64,000 nt of DNA from an archaeon (GTDB lineage Archaea > Nanobdellota > Nanobdellia > Woesearchaeales > GW2011-AR4), in assembly GCA_002688925.1 (NCBI GenBank), contig NZEC01000011.1, positions 61,695 to 125,694 on the forward strand, given 5' to 3'. Below are positions 63,874 to 64,000 of this stretch, one piece after another. Under the pieces are notes generated by a model, which was not told the DNA's origin, searched no databases, and worked only from the letters and a program-made list of their open reading frames with translations. Each line of letters begins with the position of its first letter. Position 1 is the first letter of the stretch. Both the position numbers and the translations under genes were made by a program.

Positions 63874-64000
63874 ATGAAGAGAATAGGCGGATTAAAAAGG
63901 AAAAGCAGGCATAAGCTGACTAAGCCAAGAAGGCAAAAAGGAAAAGTTAGCATAAGCAGGTTTATGCAGCGCTTTGAAGCAGGCCAAAGAATCCATTTAA
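63874..64000 (+). CDS. rpl21e: 50S ribosomal protein L21e (3' truncated by the window end)
   Basis: MKRIGGLKRKSRHKLTKPRRQKGKVSISRFMQRFEAGQRIHL... matches the L21e N-terminus. TATA at 63844-63851 is 22 nt upstream. Confidence 0.75.
   Translation, partial: MKRIGGLKRKSRHKLTKPRRQKGKVSISRFMQRFEAGQRIHL

Overview
AT-rich archaeal chromosomal fragment, probably from a DPANN-like or other small-genome archaeon (inference). Archaeal markers are Spt5, SecE/Sec61-gamma, FtsZ plus SepF, ribosomal proteins L10e and L21e, archaeal-type TrpRS, ProRS and cytidylate kinase, BRE/TATA promoters at a fixed distance from start codons, and two intron-containing tRNA genes. About 78 densely packed genes are present. 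They cover purine synthesis (purF, purD, purN, purH, guaA, prs), one-carbon metabolism (glyA, folD, 5-formyl-THF cyclo-ligase), thiamine (thiC, thiS-thiG, thiE, thiH), lipoate (lipA, lplA), three aminoacyl-tRNA synthetases, a MacB-type ABC transporter, envelope proteins and proteases. No CRISPR array, transposase, integrase or rRNA was seen. Second-look items: (1) two tRNA genes with insertions I could not fit to the canonical 37/38 intron, each next to its apparent cognate synthetase (tRNA-Pro/proB/proS, and a probable tRNA-Cys upstream of cysS); (2) a bacterial-type lgt in an operon with a lipobox lipoprotein, a CxxS thioredoxin-like protein and an M50 protease; (3) other bacterial-looking genes in an archaeal backbone (GT9 heptosyltransferase, nrdR, thiG/thiH, fused guaA); (4) the AMMECR1/MEMO/radical-SAM triad; (5) a very regular leaderless promoter geometry plus orphan copies of a 16-17 nt promoter-like repeat; (6) phased repeats and a GC-rich hairpin upstream of rpl10e; (7) a gene remnant and an in-frame ORF just past the spt5 stop codon. 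All functional calls come from motif recognition by eye; no database search was run.
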